Position numbers and translations under genes: made by a program
The notes under the pieces: model-generated
Told to the model about the DNA's origin: nothing
Databases searched by the model: none
Seen by the model: the letters and a program-made list of their open reading frames with translations, nothing else
Part shown: positions 49,310 to 58,100 of the stretch, piece after piece
Numbering within the stretch: position 1 is the first letter of the stretch
How the letters are laid out: each line of letters opens with the position of its first letter
Source of the DNA: Pseudomonadota bacterium
GTDB taxonomy: Bacteria; Myxococcota_A; UBA796; UBA9615
Direction: 5' to 3'
Assembly (NCBI GenBank): GCA_024229515.1
Contig: JAAESI010000275.1
Location: 131,181-195,180 of the forward strand
Length of the DNA: 64,000 bases

Positions 49310-50330
49310 CCGCACCCAGCGCAATCGGGGCGCCGTCCTGCGCCATGGACTTCTGCCCCGCGCAGAGGATGCGAACCACATCCAGGCCCTGCTGACCGGG
49401 GGTGTCCGGCTCCCGGTGCTCCCGCACGCAGTCGACGAAGTGCTGGCACTCGATCGCCAGCGGCTCGCTCATCTTCAGGCTGGGGATCCAGATGTCGCCC
49501 TGCCGCAGTGCGATGAGGTCGGCGTAGGAGTCGTAGTCGACCTGCCGGTCCGCGCCCTTGTCGTAAATCCGGATCTTCTCCGTGGGCACCGTGTCGTCGA
49601 ACGTGACCATCTTGCGGCTGCCCACCAGGGTCATGTTCCGGATCTTGTGGGGGTCCAGCCAGGAGGTGTGGATCTCGGCCGTCTGGCCACCCGCGAACTG
49701 CAGGTTGGCGAAGACGACGTCCTCGTTTCCCGGCCGGATGTAGCTGTTGCCGCGCGCGCTCACGTTCCGGGGGGCGGCGCCGAGCAGGTACAGGATGATC
49801 GAGACGTCATGGGGAGCCAGGGACCACCACGCGCTCTCGTCCTTGCGCACGATGCCGAGGTTCAGGCGCTGGCAGTACAGGTAGTAGATGTCGCCGATCT
49901 CGCCGGCCGTGATCTGCCCCTTAATCCACCGGATTCCGGGGTGGTAGATCATCAGGTGGCCGACCATCAGGATGCGATCGCGCTCCTTGGCCAGTCGGAC
50001 CAGCTCCTCCGCGTGGGCCTCCTCGAGGGCCAGCGGCTTCTCCACGTAGACGTGCTTGTCGGCCAGCAGCGCCGCCTTGGCGAGCTTGTGGTGCGACGCA
50101 GCCTCGGTGCACACCGCGATCGCGCCGATACTCTGGTCGTCTAGGAGCTTGGCGTAGTCGTCCGTGATCGTAGCATCGGGAGCAAAAGCAGCCGCCCGCG
50201 CGCGGTTGCGCTCGTGCAGATCGGCGACCGCGACGAGGCGGGCGCCCTTGCGGTTGGCGAAGTTGCGTACGAGGTTCTTGCCCCAGTAGCCGGCGCCTAC
50301 GACGCCCAGTCCGAGATCCTGATCAGCCAC
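49302..50330 (-). CDS. Gfo/Idh/MocA-family NAD-dependent UDP-sugar dehydrogenase (WbpB-like)
   Basis: GVVGAGYWGKNLV Rossmann motif, EKPLA, 342 aa; directly follows hexapeptide acetyltransferase. Confidence 0.85.
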   Translation of the reverse strand: MADQDLGLGVVGAGYWGKNLVRNFANRKGARLVAVADLHERNRARAAAFAPDATITDDYAKLLDDQSIGAIAVCTEAASHHKLAKAALLADKHVYVEKPLALEEAHAEELVRLAKERDRILMVGHLMIYHPGIRWIKGQITAGEIGDIYYLYCQRLNLGIVRKDESAWWSLAPHDVSIILYLLGAAPRNVSARGNSYIRPGNEDVVFANLQFAGGQTAEIHTSWLDPHKIRNMTLVGSRKMVTFDDTVPTEKIRIYDKGADRQVDYDSYADLIALRQGDIWIPSLKMSEPLAIECQHFVDCVREHREPDTPGQQGLDVVRILCAGQKSMAQDGAPIALGADG

Positions 50331-50901
50331 GGCTCACCGCTCCATCTTTCAACACGTAGCCCTCCCCGGTCCCGGGGCAGACGGCGGTGCCGTCGTCTCC
50401 GAAGTGGAGCCGTTCCCCGCTGGCGGAGACCCACCCCAGGTGCTTGGCCGGCACGCCCACGACGAGGGCGTAGGCGGGGACGTCCTTGGTCACGACGGTG
50501 CCTGCACCGACCATGCTGTAGTCGCCCAGGTTGTTGCCGCAGACGATCGTCGCGTTGGCCCCGACCGTCGCCCCGACGCCGACCCGGGTGGGCCGGAACT
50601 CGTCCTTGCGCTCCACGTGGGCGCGCGGGTTCAACACGTTCGTGAACACGCAACTGGGCCCCAGGAACGCGTCGTTGCAGACGGTCACGCCCTTGTAGAT
50701 CGAGACGTTGTTCTGGACCTTGACCCCGTTCCCGATGGTCACGTCCCGGTCGACGTTGATGTTCTGACCGAAGATACAGCGCTCACCGATCACGGTTCCG
50801 CTCTGCACGTGGTTGAAGAACCAGATCTTGGTTCCCGCGCCGATCTCGACACCATCGTCGATGTAGCTGCTGGGATGAACGAAGAAGGATCCGCCGGTCA
50901 T
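50323..50901 (-). CDS. left-handed beta-helix (hexapeptide) N-acetyltransferase (WbpD-like)
   Basis: Tandem hexapeptide repeats (IGERCIFGQNINV.., VGAGTVVTKDV), 192 aa from MTGGSFFVHP. Confidence 0.8.
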   Translation of the reverse strand: MTGGSFFVHPSSYIDDGVEIGAGTKIWFFNHVQSGTVIGERCIFGQNINVDRDVTIGNGVKVQNNVSIYKGVTVCNDAFLGPSCVFTNVLNPRAHVERKDEFRPTRVGVGATVGANATIVCGNNLGDYSMVGAGTVVTKDVPAYALVVGVPAKHLGWVSASGERLHFGDDGTAVCPGTGEGYVLKDGAVSRG

Positions 50902-50912
50902 GGCGGCGAAGA

Positions 50913-52151
50913 CTACCGGAATCCGAGCGAGACGCCGAGATTCACGCGGTTGTCGATGTACTCGCCCACATTGCTGCTGGACGGATTCACTGCGCTGAAC
51001 TGGTAGCCAGCGAGGATGTGGAACCACTGCGCGACCATCACCTCGATGTTCGCCGCGCCCAGGAACTGGTGCTCCGTACGCGGGATGCCGGGGTCCGAAC
51101 CATCCGCGTCACCCTCGATGTCGCGGTAGGTGTAGACGAAGCGGGCGCCGATGCCGAGGCGGTCGGCGATCGTGCCCTTGTACTTGAAGTACGCCTGCGT
51201 ATCGGTGATGTGATACGCGTAGTAGTGGAAGCTGAAGTCGCGGTTGAAACCGAGCGCGAGGCGCTGGCTGATGACCGGACGGAGCGCGATCTCCGCGGTG
51301 CCGATGAGCCCCTCGAGGCCGGTCAGGTTCTGAGCCTGAAGCGCCTGCCCCAGGTAGACGTTGCCGTACCCGATCATGCCCATCATGGAGAGCTTGCGGG
51401 TCACGTCGCCCTTGAGGCCGGCCTTGGCCCGCCAGTGGGTGTTCTCCACCGCGGCGTCGTGATTGGCGGCGGCCGAAGGACCGACGAAGATGTGACCCAC
51501 GTCGGCGTCCACCAGGAGGTGGCTCCGGGGGAAGAACTTCCAGTCGAGCGACATGCCGCCGCCGACGTCGTGGGTCTGCCCGAGGATCTGCGCGTTCGGA
51601 TCGAAGACCGGGTAGTAGGACCGCACGTACTCCCAGTGACCGTCGATGCCGATCTGGAAGGCTTGCGTGGGGCGAAGGCGGAACTCGATCGGAACCGCCA
51701 CACTCAGGTCGTAGCTGAGGTCGCTGCCCTCTTCGACGCCGACGTCAGCGCCGCGACGGCCCCGACGGTTGGCGAACTCGGGCGAGGTCCAGAATCCGAA
51801 CTTGCCCTGCCGGTTCGCATCGATGGTCGTACCGAGGCCGAAGCTGGCGAGGTCGCGCAGCGCCGAGTGGTCGATGCCGGCAACGTTGAAGTACGTGAAG
51901 AACCGGTAGTAGGCGTTCAACTCCCAGCGGAAGTTGTCGCCCGGGTACACGAACGCGAACTTCGGGAGGATCGTCAGACCGAGGTCGGCGTCGGGAGAGC
52001 GCTGCTCGCGGTAGACGTTCGAGTCGTAGACCGCCTCGATCTTGATGCTGGGCTTGGCGACCAGCGGGCCAAGCGGAAGCCCGTCGTCGGCGGCGAGGCC
52101 AGACGCGGGAACCAGCAACGTGAGGGCTACCGCCGCGACCGCGGCGCGCAT
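50913..52151 (-). CDS. putative outer-membrane beta-barrel protein
   Basis: Signal peptide MRAAVAAVALTLLVPASGLA; alternating aromatic/hydrophobic strands, Y/F/W-rich; ends ...LGVSLGFR. Confidence 0.45.
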   Translation of the reverse strand: MRAAVAAVALTLLVPASGLAADDGLPLGPLVAKPSIKIEAVYDSNVYREQRSPDADLGLTILPKFAFVYPGDNFRWELNAYYRFFTYFNVAGIDHSALRDLASFGLGTTIDANRQGKFGFWTSPEFANRRGRRGADVGVEEGSDLSYDLSVAVPIEFRLRPTQAFQIGIDGHWEYVRSYYPVFDPNAQILGQTHDVGGGMSLDWKFFPRSHLLVDADVGHIFVGPSAAANHDAAVENTHWRAKAGLKGDVTRKLSMMGMIGYGNVYLGQALQAQNLTGLEGLIGTAEIALRPVISQRLALGFNRDFSFHYYAYHITDTQAYFKYKGTIADRLGIGARFVYTYRDIEGDADGSDPGIPRTEHQFLGAANIEVMVAQWFHILAGYQFSAVNPSSSNVGEYIDNRVNLGVSLGFR

Positions 52152-52290
52152 TCGCGCATGCTTGAAATGGACCTTGTTCAGCCCCACCAGTTCGTATCTC
52201 CGCCTCAAACTCAGCTGCCTCGCCGTCGGGTGTGCGCCCCGGCAGGGCTCCTTGTGCCTCAATGCTGCCTACGAATCAACCCTGGGGCCC

Positions 52291-52836
52291 CTAGTCGACC
52301 GGCGACGAATCGGGGGGTCGCGTGGACCCACCGTCGGCTCCGCCGAACTCCGTATCCGCGCTGTCCGAACCCTCGAATCGAACAACTACTCGAGTCTGTC
52401 CGGGGAACGACGTCCCCACCTGGCCGATGCAGGCCTCGGCCTCAGCCGTGACCGCCTGGCCCTGCTCCCGCGCGATGTACGCCTTGCGGAAGTTGTGCTC
52501 CTGAAGATCCGCGTTCTCGCGGGCGACCGCCTCGGCGAGCCCGTGCTCGGCGTCCTGAGCGACCTTGTGCAGGCCCTTGAGCAGGCCAAGCTTCTCGTTC
52601 AGGCAGTTCAGGAGAATGACGTCGTTGGTGGATGCAGCGGTCTCGATCAGACCGAGCACCAGCTTCATGGACGCGTCCAGCTCATCGACCGTGGCGGAGG
52701 CGAAATCGTCTTTTTGCTTGGCGGTGAGGTCGGATCCCATGATCTCATCGCTGGTCGGTTCTTCCGCGGCGAGCGCGGGAACCGCCAGAGCAAGCGCGGC
52801 CACAAGGGCCAAGCTGCTGAGCCAAATTCGGGGCAT
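52291..52836 (-). CDS. secreted hypothetical protein
   Basis: Signal peptide MPRIWLSSLALVAALALAVPALA; 180 aa, helical. Confidence 0.45.
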   Translation of the reverse strand: MPRIWLSSLALVAALALAVPALAAEEPTSDEIMGSDLTAKQKDDFASATVDELDASMKLVLGLIETAASTNDVILLNCLNEKLGLLKGLHKVAQDAEHGLAEAVARENADLQEHNFRKAYIAREQGQAVTAEAEACIGQVGTSFPGQTRVVVRFEGSDSADTEFGGADGGSTRPPDSSPVD

Positions 52837-52939
52837 GTAGGCGCTACCTCGACTCATGTGGACCTCTCCTGCAGCGGACCGGAGCCACAGTGACTGAGTA
52901 TGGGTTCGCTTAACCCACCTGTCAAACCAGCCTTATCGG

Positions 52940-54361
52940 CTACTGCTTCGCGAGGATGAATGGATAACCAGCGACTTCCATGTCGTCCTCGGGAGGAGGA
53001 ACGAACCGAATGCGTGCGACCACCTTCTTGATGCAGTCCGCGAGCGCCGCGTTCCCGGTCGTGTTGGCAGCGATCTGAACGCCTCCGACGTTGCCGGAGG
53101 TGTCGATGTCGAAGGACACCGTGACCTTGCCTCCAAGGTCGGGGTTGCCCTTGAGTTCCTTCTCGTAGCACTGCTTCACCCGCCCGGTGTAGCGCTTCAT
53201 CGTGCGCGCTACGGACGTGGTGTCTTCGGGACTGCTGGAGACGATGTCCGCCGACCCGGTGCTGACGTTGCCCTTGATCTCGACCTGCTTGGCCTCGACG
53301 GAACCGCCGGGACCGCCGCCGGCGCCGCCGAGCTCACCGGAGCTGGCCGCCTCGTCACCGCCGCCACCGCCTCGCAGACCGGCCTGGTCCGCGTCGCGAC
53401 GGGCCACGGCTACGCCGGAGGAGTTCGCGAGCGCAGAGCCCACGTCGTCACTCAATGAGCCTGCGTCGGACAAGAGATCGGCGACCGCGGATCCGGACTC
53501 GGTGTCACCGGCCGTACCGATGATCGCGAGCAGACCCTTGCTGCTGACCTCTTCCTCGAGACGCTCAGCCCGATCTTCGGCGGACTCGACCGGCTCTTCA
53601 GCCTGCTCGCCCGCATCCTCGGCCGCAGGAGCCTCCGTCGGAGCCTCTTCAGGCTCGTCGTTGGCGGCCACGTCCTCGCCTTCGCCTTCCTCGTCCGAGG
53701 GCAGCTCGGTGGGCGGCGGCGGATCGGTCGGAAGCATCAGCTTCACGAATCGATCGGGGAAGTCCTCCAGGCGCAGCTTCTTGGGCGGCGGCTGGCTCTC
53801 GATCCAGATGACACCGGCGGTGTGGAGCAGCGCCGACAGGAGGAGGATCGCGAGGAAGACCCAGTCGACGTCTTCCCAGCGCCAACCGCGGAAGTCGCTG
53901 TTGCGACGGCGCAGGGGCTGCGGGGGAGGAGCGACGAACTGGAACAGGACCGTGTAGTCGCCGACGTAGACCTTGCCGCGGTTGCGCTCGGTCAACGCGA
54001 GGGCATAGAAGCTGCCCTTCTTCTTGGCGCGGCCCTTCTTGCCCAGGGTCGCGAGGGTCTCGATCTTGTCACCGACCGAGACCTTGCCGTGCATCTTCGT
54101 CGTGAACTGGAGCGCGTAGCGCCCGCCGCGCGGGGAGAAGATCTCGAATCGTTTGGCAGGGGCCGTGTCGGCAGGCACCACCACCGTGCACTTGGGGTGG
54201 TCCCCCACGGTCACGGCCGTGCTGGCTGGAATCAGCCGCTCTTCGATGATTCGGCCGTTGTGGATCACGCCGATCCGGAGAATCTTGCTCTCCGGCGCAC
54301 GCTTACGGTTCGGAGCCTTCGCCCCTCCCGTTTTTCCCGCCCTAGCTGGCTGAGCCGCCAT
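52940..54361 (-). CDS. TonB C-terminal-domain protein with large cytoplasmic N-domain, TM and Pro/acidic linker (GltG/GltJ-like)
   Basis: C-terminus GKVTVSFDIDTSGNVGGVQIAANTTGNAALADCIKKVVARIRFVPP fits TonB_C fold; TM WVFLAILLLSALLHTAGVIWI; PPPKKLRLEDF Pro-rich; last gene of operon. Confidence 0.65.
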   Translation of the reverse strand: MAAQPARAGKTGGAKAPNRKRAPESKILRIGVIHNGRIIEERLIPASTAVTVGDHPKCTVVVPADTAPAKRFEIFSPRGGRYALQFTTKMHGKVSVGDKIETLATLGKKGRAKKKGSFYALALTERNRGKVYVGDYTVLFQFVAPPPQPLRRRNSDFRGWRWEDVDWVFLAILLLSALLHTAGVIWIESQPPPKKLRLEDFPDRFVKLMLPTDPPPPTELPSDEEGEGEDVAANDEPEEAPTEAPAAEDAGEQAEEPVESAEDRAERLEEEVSSKGLLAIIGTAGDTESGSAVADLLSDAGSLSDDVGSALANSSGVAVARRDADQAGLRGGGGGDEAASSGELGGAGGGPGGSVEAKQVEIKGNVSTGSADIVSSSPEDTTSVARTMKRYTGRVKQCYEKELKGNPDLGGKVTVSFDIDTSGNVGGVQIAANTTGNAALADCIKKVVARIRFVPPPEDDMEVAGYPFILAKQ

Positions 54362-54417
54362 TCCGCCCTCTCGCCCCTAGCGGGGCATCGCATTGCGCAG
54401 AGTCAGTCTGCCGGGAA

Positions 54418-54436
54418 GGTCGACGTGCTGTCGACC
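54418..54436 (-). other. stem-loop GGTCGAC-n5-GTCGACC between exbD and TonB-like gene
   Basis: Perfect 7-bp inverted repeat immediately after exbD stop; weak U-tract; possible attenuator. Confidence 0.3.
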
Positions 54437-54444
54437 CTCGGGGG

Positions 54445-54927
54445 CTACTCGCCGCCCTTGTAGACGACGAACTTGAACTCGGCGAACTGCGCCTGGCCGG
54501 CCGTGTACATCACCTCACGCACGAGGCTGAACGGGATGTTCCGGTCGCACTGCAGGAGGATCCGTCCCGAGAAGGAGATGGTTTGACGGGACTCGGCAAT
54601 CGCCTTCGCCTCGTCGGCCTTCTCCTTGAGGATATCAAACAGGGGGGAGATCAGCGTCCCCCGCTTGTACTCGTCACCGACCATGCCGGCGCTGACGTCG
54701 ACCACCTGAACACCATCCACGAGGATGCCGCTCTGCGAGATGACGGCGTTGACCGCAACCTCGGGCGACTTGCTCGAGCTGGAGACGGGCAGTCGCAGGT
54801 CGTCCGACGGTGCGATCTGGATGTCTTCGGTGGAGTACGACTTGAGGAGGAACACCAAGATGATGGTCATGATGTCCATCAAGCTGGTGATTTCGAGCTT
54901 GGCCTCGTCGACCTTCCTGCGCGGCAT
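54445..54927 (-). CDS. ExbD/TolR-family biopolymer transport protein (AglQ/AglS-like)
   Basis: LEITSLMDIMTIILVFLL TM with conserved Asp, 160 aa. Confidence 0.8.
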   Translation of the reverse strand: MPRRKVDEAKLEITSLMDIMTIILVFLLKSYSTEDIQIAPSDDLRLPVSSSSKSPEVAVNAVISQSGILVDGVQVVDVSAGMVGDEYKRGTLISPLFDILKEKADEAKAIAESRQTISFSGRILLQCDRNIPFSLVREVMYTAGQAQFAEFKFVVYKGGE

Positions 54928-54939
54928 CTCGTTCTCCCT

Positions 54940-55650
54940 CTACTTCACGCCGCCCGCGACGACGACATAGGGGAAGAGGGCCGAACGCTCGGTCTCTCCG
55001 TCCTTGGCGTAGTCACGGGTGGCATCCATGACCCCTACGATCGTGTGGTACTTCACGTCGGGGTTGGGCGCGATGATGACGTTGCAGACCTCCGGCGGGG
55101 CCCAGCCTTCGGGGCGGGGATCCGGGGGATCGCAGGGCTCGTCGTAGTCAGGGTTGCCGTCACCGTCCGCGTCGACCTCCTTGAGCTGAACCATCAACTC
55201 GTGGAGCGCGCGGGCGTCGTGGCAAGGCGTCACCTGGTTGGGGACGCAGGCCGGGTCGCCCCGGCAGATCGTCTCACCGCAGTACTGAGTGTCCTGCGTG
55301 AGCGTGATCGTGGTGCACTTGTCGTCTTCGCTGACGCCGCCGGGACCGCCGGAGGCGGCACCCTTCTCGCAGCCGAGGACCGCAGCCGAACCGGCCACGG
55401 TGTAGCCCTCGTCCGTCACACCGACCGTCAGGTTCAGGGGAGGAGTCTCGTCCTCGTCCTTTTCCTGAGAGGGGTTCGGCTGACCGATGGCAGGCAGCGA
55501 CGAGTCGATCACCGCGAGGGTGACGAACTGGATGGACACCAACAGGAACGGGATGAGCAGAGTCATCAAGTTCATGAAGGGGAGCAGATTGAGTTCCGGT
55601 GGCTCGGTACTCTGAACGCGCCTTCGATCAGACGGCTTGTGGTCGCTCAT
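54940..55650 (-). CDS. ExbD/TolR-family paralog carrying a Cys-rich periplasmic insertion
   Basis: ELNLLPFMNLMTLLIPFLLVS ExbD-type TM; periplasmic part has 8 Cys (CEKG..C..YCGETICRGDPACVPNQVTPC..PCDPP..EVC) absent from canonical ExbD. Confidence 0.7.
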   Translation of the reverse strand: MSDHKPSDRRRVQSTEPPELNLLPFMNLMTLLIPFLLVSIQFVTLAVIDSSLPAIGQPNPSQEKDEDETPPLNLTVGVTDEGYTVAGSAAVLGCEKGAASGGPGGVSEDDKCTTITLTQDTQYCGETICRGDPACVPNQVTPCHDARALHELMVQLKEVDADGDGNPDYDEPCDPPDPRPEGWAPPEVCNVIIAPNPDVKYHTIVGVMDATRDYAKDGETERSALFPYVVVAGGVK

Positions 55651-55736
55651 GTGGCCTCGCTGGGGCGGAAAGACGGACGCCGACGGTCATTGGACAGTCA
55701 GCGTCCGGGCAGGTTCCCAAAAAACGAAGGCTTGGG

Positions 55737-56393
55737 CTAACCCTCGCCACCGTCCTCCTTGAGCGTTCCGCGCTGGCGGGCCGTCAGGAGGTTGATGAGC
55801 TTGACGCTGTACTGGTCAATCTCGTCGATCAGCTTCACCGTACGGTTCGTGATGATCGAGTGGGCAATCATGGTCGGAATGGCCACGACGAGCCCGAAAG
55901 CGGTCGTGTACATGGCGACGGAAATACCCTGGGCCAGCATCTGCTGCTTCTCTTCCGGCGCAGCCGTAGCAACCGCCTTAAAGGCGATGACCAGACCGGA
56001 AATCGTGCCGAGAAGGCCCGTCAGCGTCGCGACGTTTGCCCACATTCCCAGATACGGAGTCCGCTTCTGGAGCATGGGAATCGTCTCAAGCGTGGCCTCG
56101 TCCACGGCGTTCTGGATTTCCAGAGCGCTGCGGTTGGCGCGGGTAAGCCCGGCCTTGAGGACGCGCGTCAGCGCAGAGTTGCTCTCGGCGTTGCAGAGCT
56201 TGATGGCGCGGTCGATGTTGTTGGCCATCACCAGCTTCTGGATCTGGGCCATAAAAGCCGCGCCGTTGATGTTGTAGCGGAAGAGGATCATGTAGCCGCG
56301 CTCGATCACGGTCGCCATTGCGATGACCGAGATCACGAGGATCACGTACATGAACTCGCCGCCCTCCCGGAAGAAGTCCAGCACGAACATCAT
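55737..56393 (-). CDS. MotA/TolQ/ExbB-family proton channel (AglR-like)
   Basis: 3-TM topology, GLLGTISGLVIAF...AQGISVAMYTTAFGLVVAIP; AGGAGG RBS 8 nt upstream of ATGATG. Confidence 0.85.
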   Translation of the reverse strand: MMFVLDFFREGGEFMYVILVISVIAMATVIERGYMILFRYNINGAAFMAQIQKLVMANNIDRAIKLCNAESNSALTRVLKAGLTRANRSALEIQNAVDEATLETIPMLQKRTPYLGMWANVATLTGLLGTISGLVIAFKAVATAAPEEKQQMLAQGISVAMYTTAFGLVVAIPTMIAHSIITNRTVKLIDEIDQYSVKLINLLTARQRGTLKEDGGEG

Positions 56394-56523
56394 TGGTCAA
56401 ATACCTCCTGGCGGAATCGAAACGCGATTCGGGTCTGTCGGGGGTCGAAAATCCCCCCCTTGGGGGCGACGACCGGTGGGTTTTACAGGGAAATCCCTTT
56501 GGGGGGAAGAGTGGACGAGATCT

Positions 56524-56772
56524 TTAGAAGGGCTTCTTGTCCACGGACTTTACGATCTTCGGAATGAAGCTCTCTTTGAGCTGGAGGGTCTCGAGATCCT
56601 CCTGCTCCTGACGGGTGATGATGTAGCCCACTTCAGGCTTGTGGACGTAGCCTTCTACCACCGAACCTTCGGTGTCTTCGCCGAAGACTACCTTCTTGCG
56701 CTGGGCATCCGCATCTGCGGCCCACAAGGTGGCGCTAGCGGCCACGAGAAGGGTCAAAAGAATCCGGGTCAT
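56524..56772 (-). CDS. small secreted protein (GltF-like position)
   Basis: Signal peptide MTRILLTLLVAASATLWAADA; 82 aa; ATG overlaps upstream stop (ATGA). Confidence 0.5.
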   Translation of the reverse strand: MTRILLTLLVAASATLWAADADAQRKKVVFGEDTEGSVVEGYVHKPEVGYIITRQEQEDLETLQLKESFIPKIVKSVDKKPF

Positions 56773-58100
56773 GGCGCGGCTCCTTCTTCAGCGGGCGGGG
56801 CCTCCTCGACAGGAGCAGGCTCTTCGGCGGGCGGGGGTTCTTCGGCGGGGGGAGGCGCAGACTCGCGTGCTTCACGCTGCTTCTTGCGATCTTCCTTCCG
56901 CTTCAACTTTTCCATCTCCGCGATGTACTCGCGGATCGGATCTTCTTCGCCGACGACGAATCCCTGACCTTCACGAACGGCGATGTACTCGTTGTACGTG
57001 TCGATCGACCGAGCGTAGTCCTTGAGGAAGTCGCCCTGGAGGATCCCCAGGTTGCGAAGCGCTTCGTCGCGCAGCTCGCTGTCGGGATCCGCGGCGATCT
57101 CTTCGTAGATCTGCTCCGCTTCCTCCAGCTTGCCGATCCCCCGGAGGGCGACGGCGTAGCTCAACTGAATGACCTGGTTGCCGCTGTTGGAGCCGTAGGC
57201 GGGCTCCAGCAGGTCGTAGGCACCCTGGTAGTCGAGGTTCCGGAGGCGGAGGTGGGCGAGGTTGACCCGCGCCCCGATCTCGTTGGAATCCAGCGCCAGC
57301 GCCGCCTCGAACGAAGCGGTCGCCTGGAACTCCTTGCCCATGCGCCAGTACACGAGGCCGAGGTTGGTCTCGAGCATGGCGGCGGTGTCGCCTCCGGGCA
57401 AGCTCTTGGCCTTCTGGAAGACGAACCGGGCGGTCTCGAACCGGCCCAACTCCATGTACGCCAGCCCCAGCGTGTTGAACGCATCGATGCTGTTGGAGTT
57501 GATCCGGAGGATGTTCTGGGCCGCTCGGACGGCGTCGTCGGCGCGCCCCTTCTTGAGGAGGATGCGGGCCTGTCCGGCGAGCAGCCGGTCCTCCTTGGGC
57601 GCACGCCCGAGCCCCTGCGCGTAGAGCAACTCCGCGTCGTTGAGGCGCCCTTCGCGCTCGTAGGCGATGCCGAGCGCCACCCGGGCTTCGACCTGCTCGG
57701 GATCCGTGGACATGATCGACTCAAATTGCTCGATCGCGCCCTCACGGTCGTTGGCCTGGAGGTAGGCCATGCCGAGGTTGAAGCGAGCCTCTGGGAAGTC
57801 CGGCTTCAGCGCGAGCGCGTCCTGGAGCTTCTTGGCGACGCTGAGCATCCACATGGTGGAGCCAGGGGCGAGGCCGCGGCTCTCGCCGACGGCCTGCTCG
57901 AACAGCTCCATGGCCTTCTCGTCGGACGTCTTCTCCCAGATGGGATTGCCCTCGGCATCGAACTGCGGGTTGCCGTAGGCGTCGACCGCCTGGAGGCGTC
58001 CGTCGTCGGCGACGAGCCGCTCGGGCGGAGCCTCCTCGGTCTCCTGCGCAGCGGCGGGGACGGCGAGGGCCAGCGACAGAATCAGCGCGAGCTTCTTCAC
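56769..58100 (-). CDS. secreted TPR-repeat protein, about 440 aa (GltE/AglT-like)
   Basis: Signal peptide MKKLALILSLALAVPAAA; >=8 TPR units; C-terminal (PPAEE)n tail; overlaps neighbours by 4 nt. Confidence 0.75.
   Translation of the reverse strand: MKKLALILSLALAVPAAAQETEEAPPERLVADDGRLQAVDAYGNPQFDAEGNPIWEKTSDEKAMELFEQAVGESRGLAPGSTMWMLSVAKKLQDALALKPDFPEARFNLGMAYLQANDREGAIEQFESIMSTDPEQVEARVALGIAYEREGRLNDAELLYAQGLGRAPKEDRLLAGQARILLKKGRADDAVRAAQNILRINSNSIDAFNTLGLAYMELGRFETARFVFQKAKSLPGGDTAAMLETNLGLVYWRMGKEFQATASFEAALALDSNEIGARVNLAHLRLRNLDYQGAYDLLEPAYGSNSGNQVIQLSYAVALRGIGKLEEAEQIYEEIAADPDSELRDEALRNLGILQGDFLKDYARSIDTYNEYIAVREGQGFVVGEEDPIREYIAEMEKLKRKEDRKKQREARESAPPPAEEPPPAEEPAPVEEAPPAEEGAAP

Noticed and set aside
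55651-55736. Possible intrinsic terminator between motA-like and exbD-like genes
   Set aside because: The stem GGACGC...GCGTCC exists. On the coding (minus) strand the U-run precedes rather than follows the stem, and on the plus strand it is followed by A's. That is the wrong geometry for a rho-independent terminator.
56394-56523. Structured G/C-run intergenic region (GGGGGGGATTTTCGACCCCC etc.) between small secreted gene and motA-like gene
   Set aside because: Several short G5/C5 stems are possible, but loops are irregular and there is no U-tract. Could be an attenuator, but it is not supportable from sequence alone.
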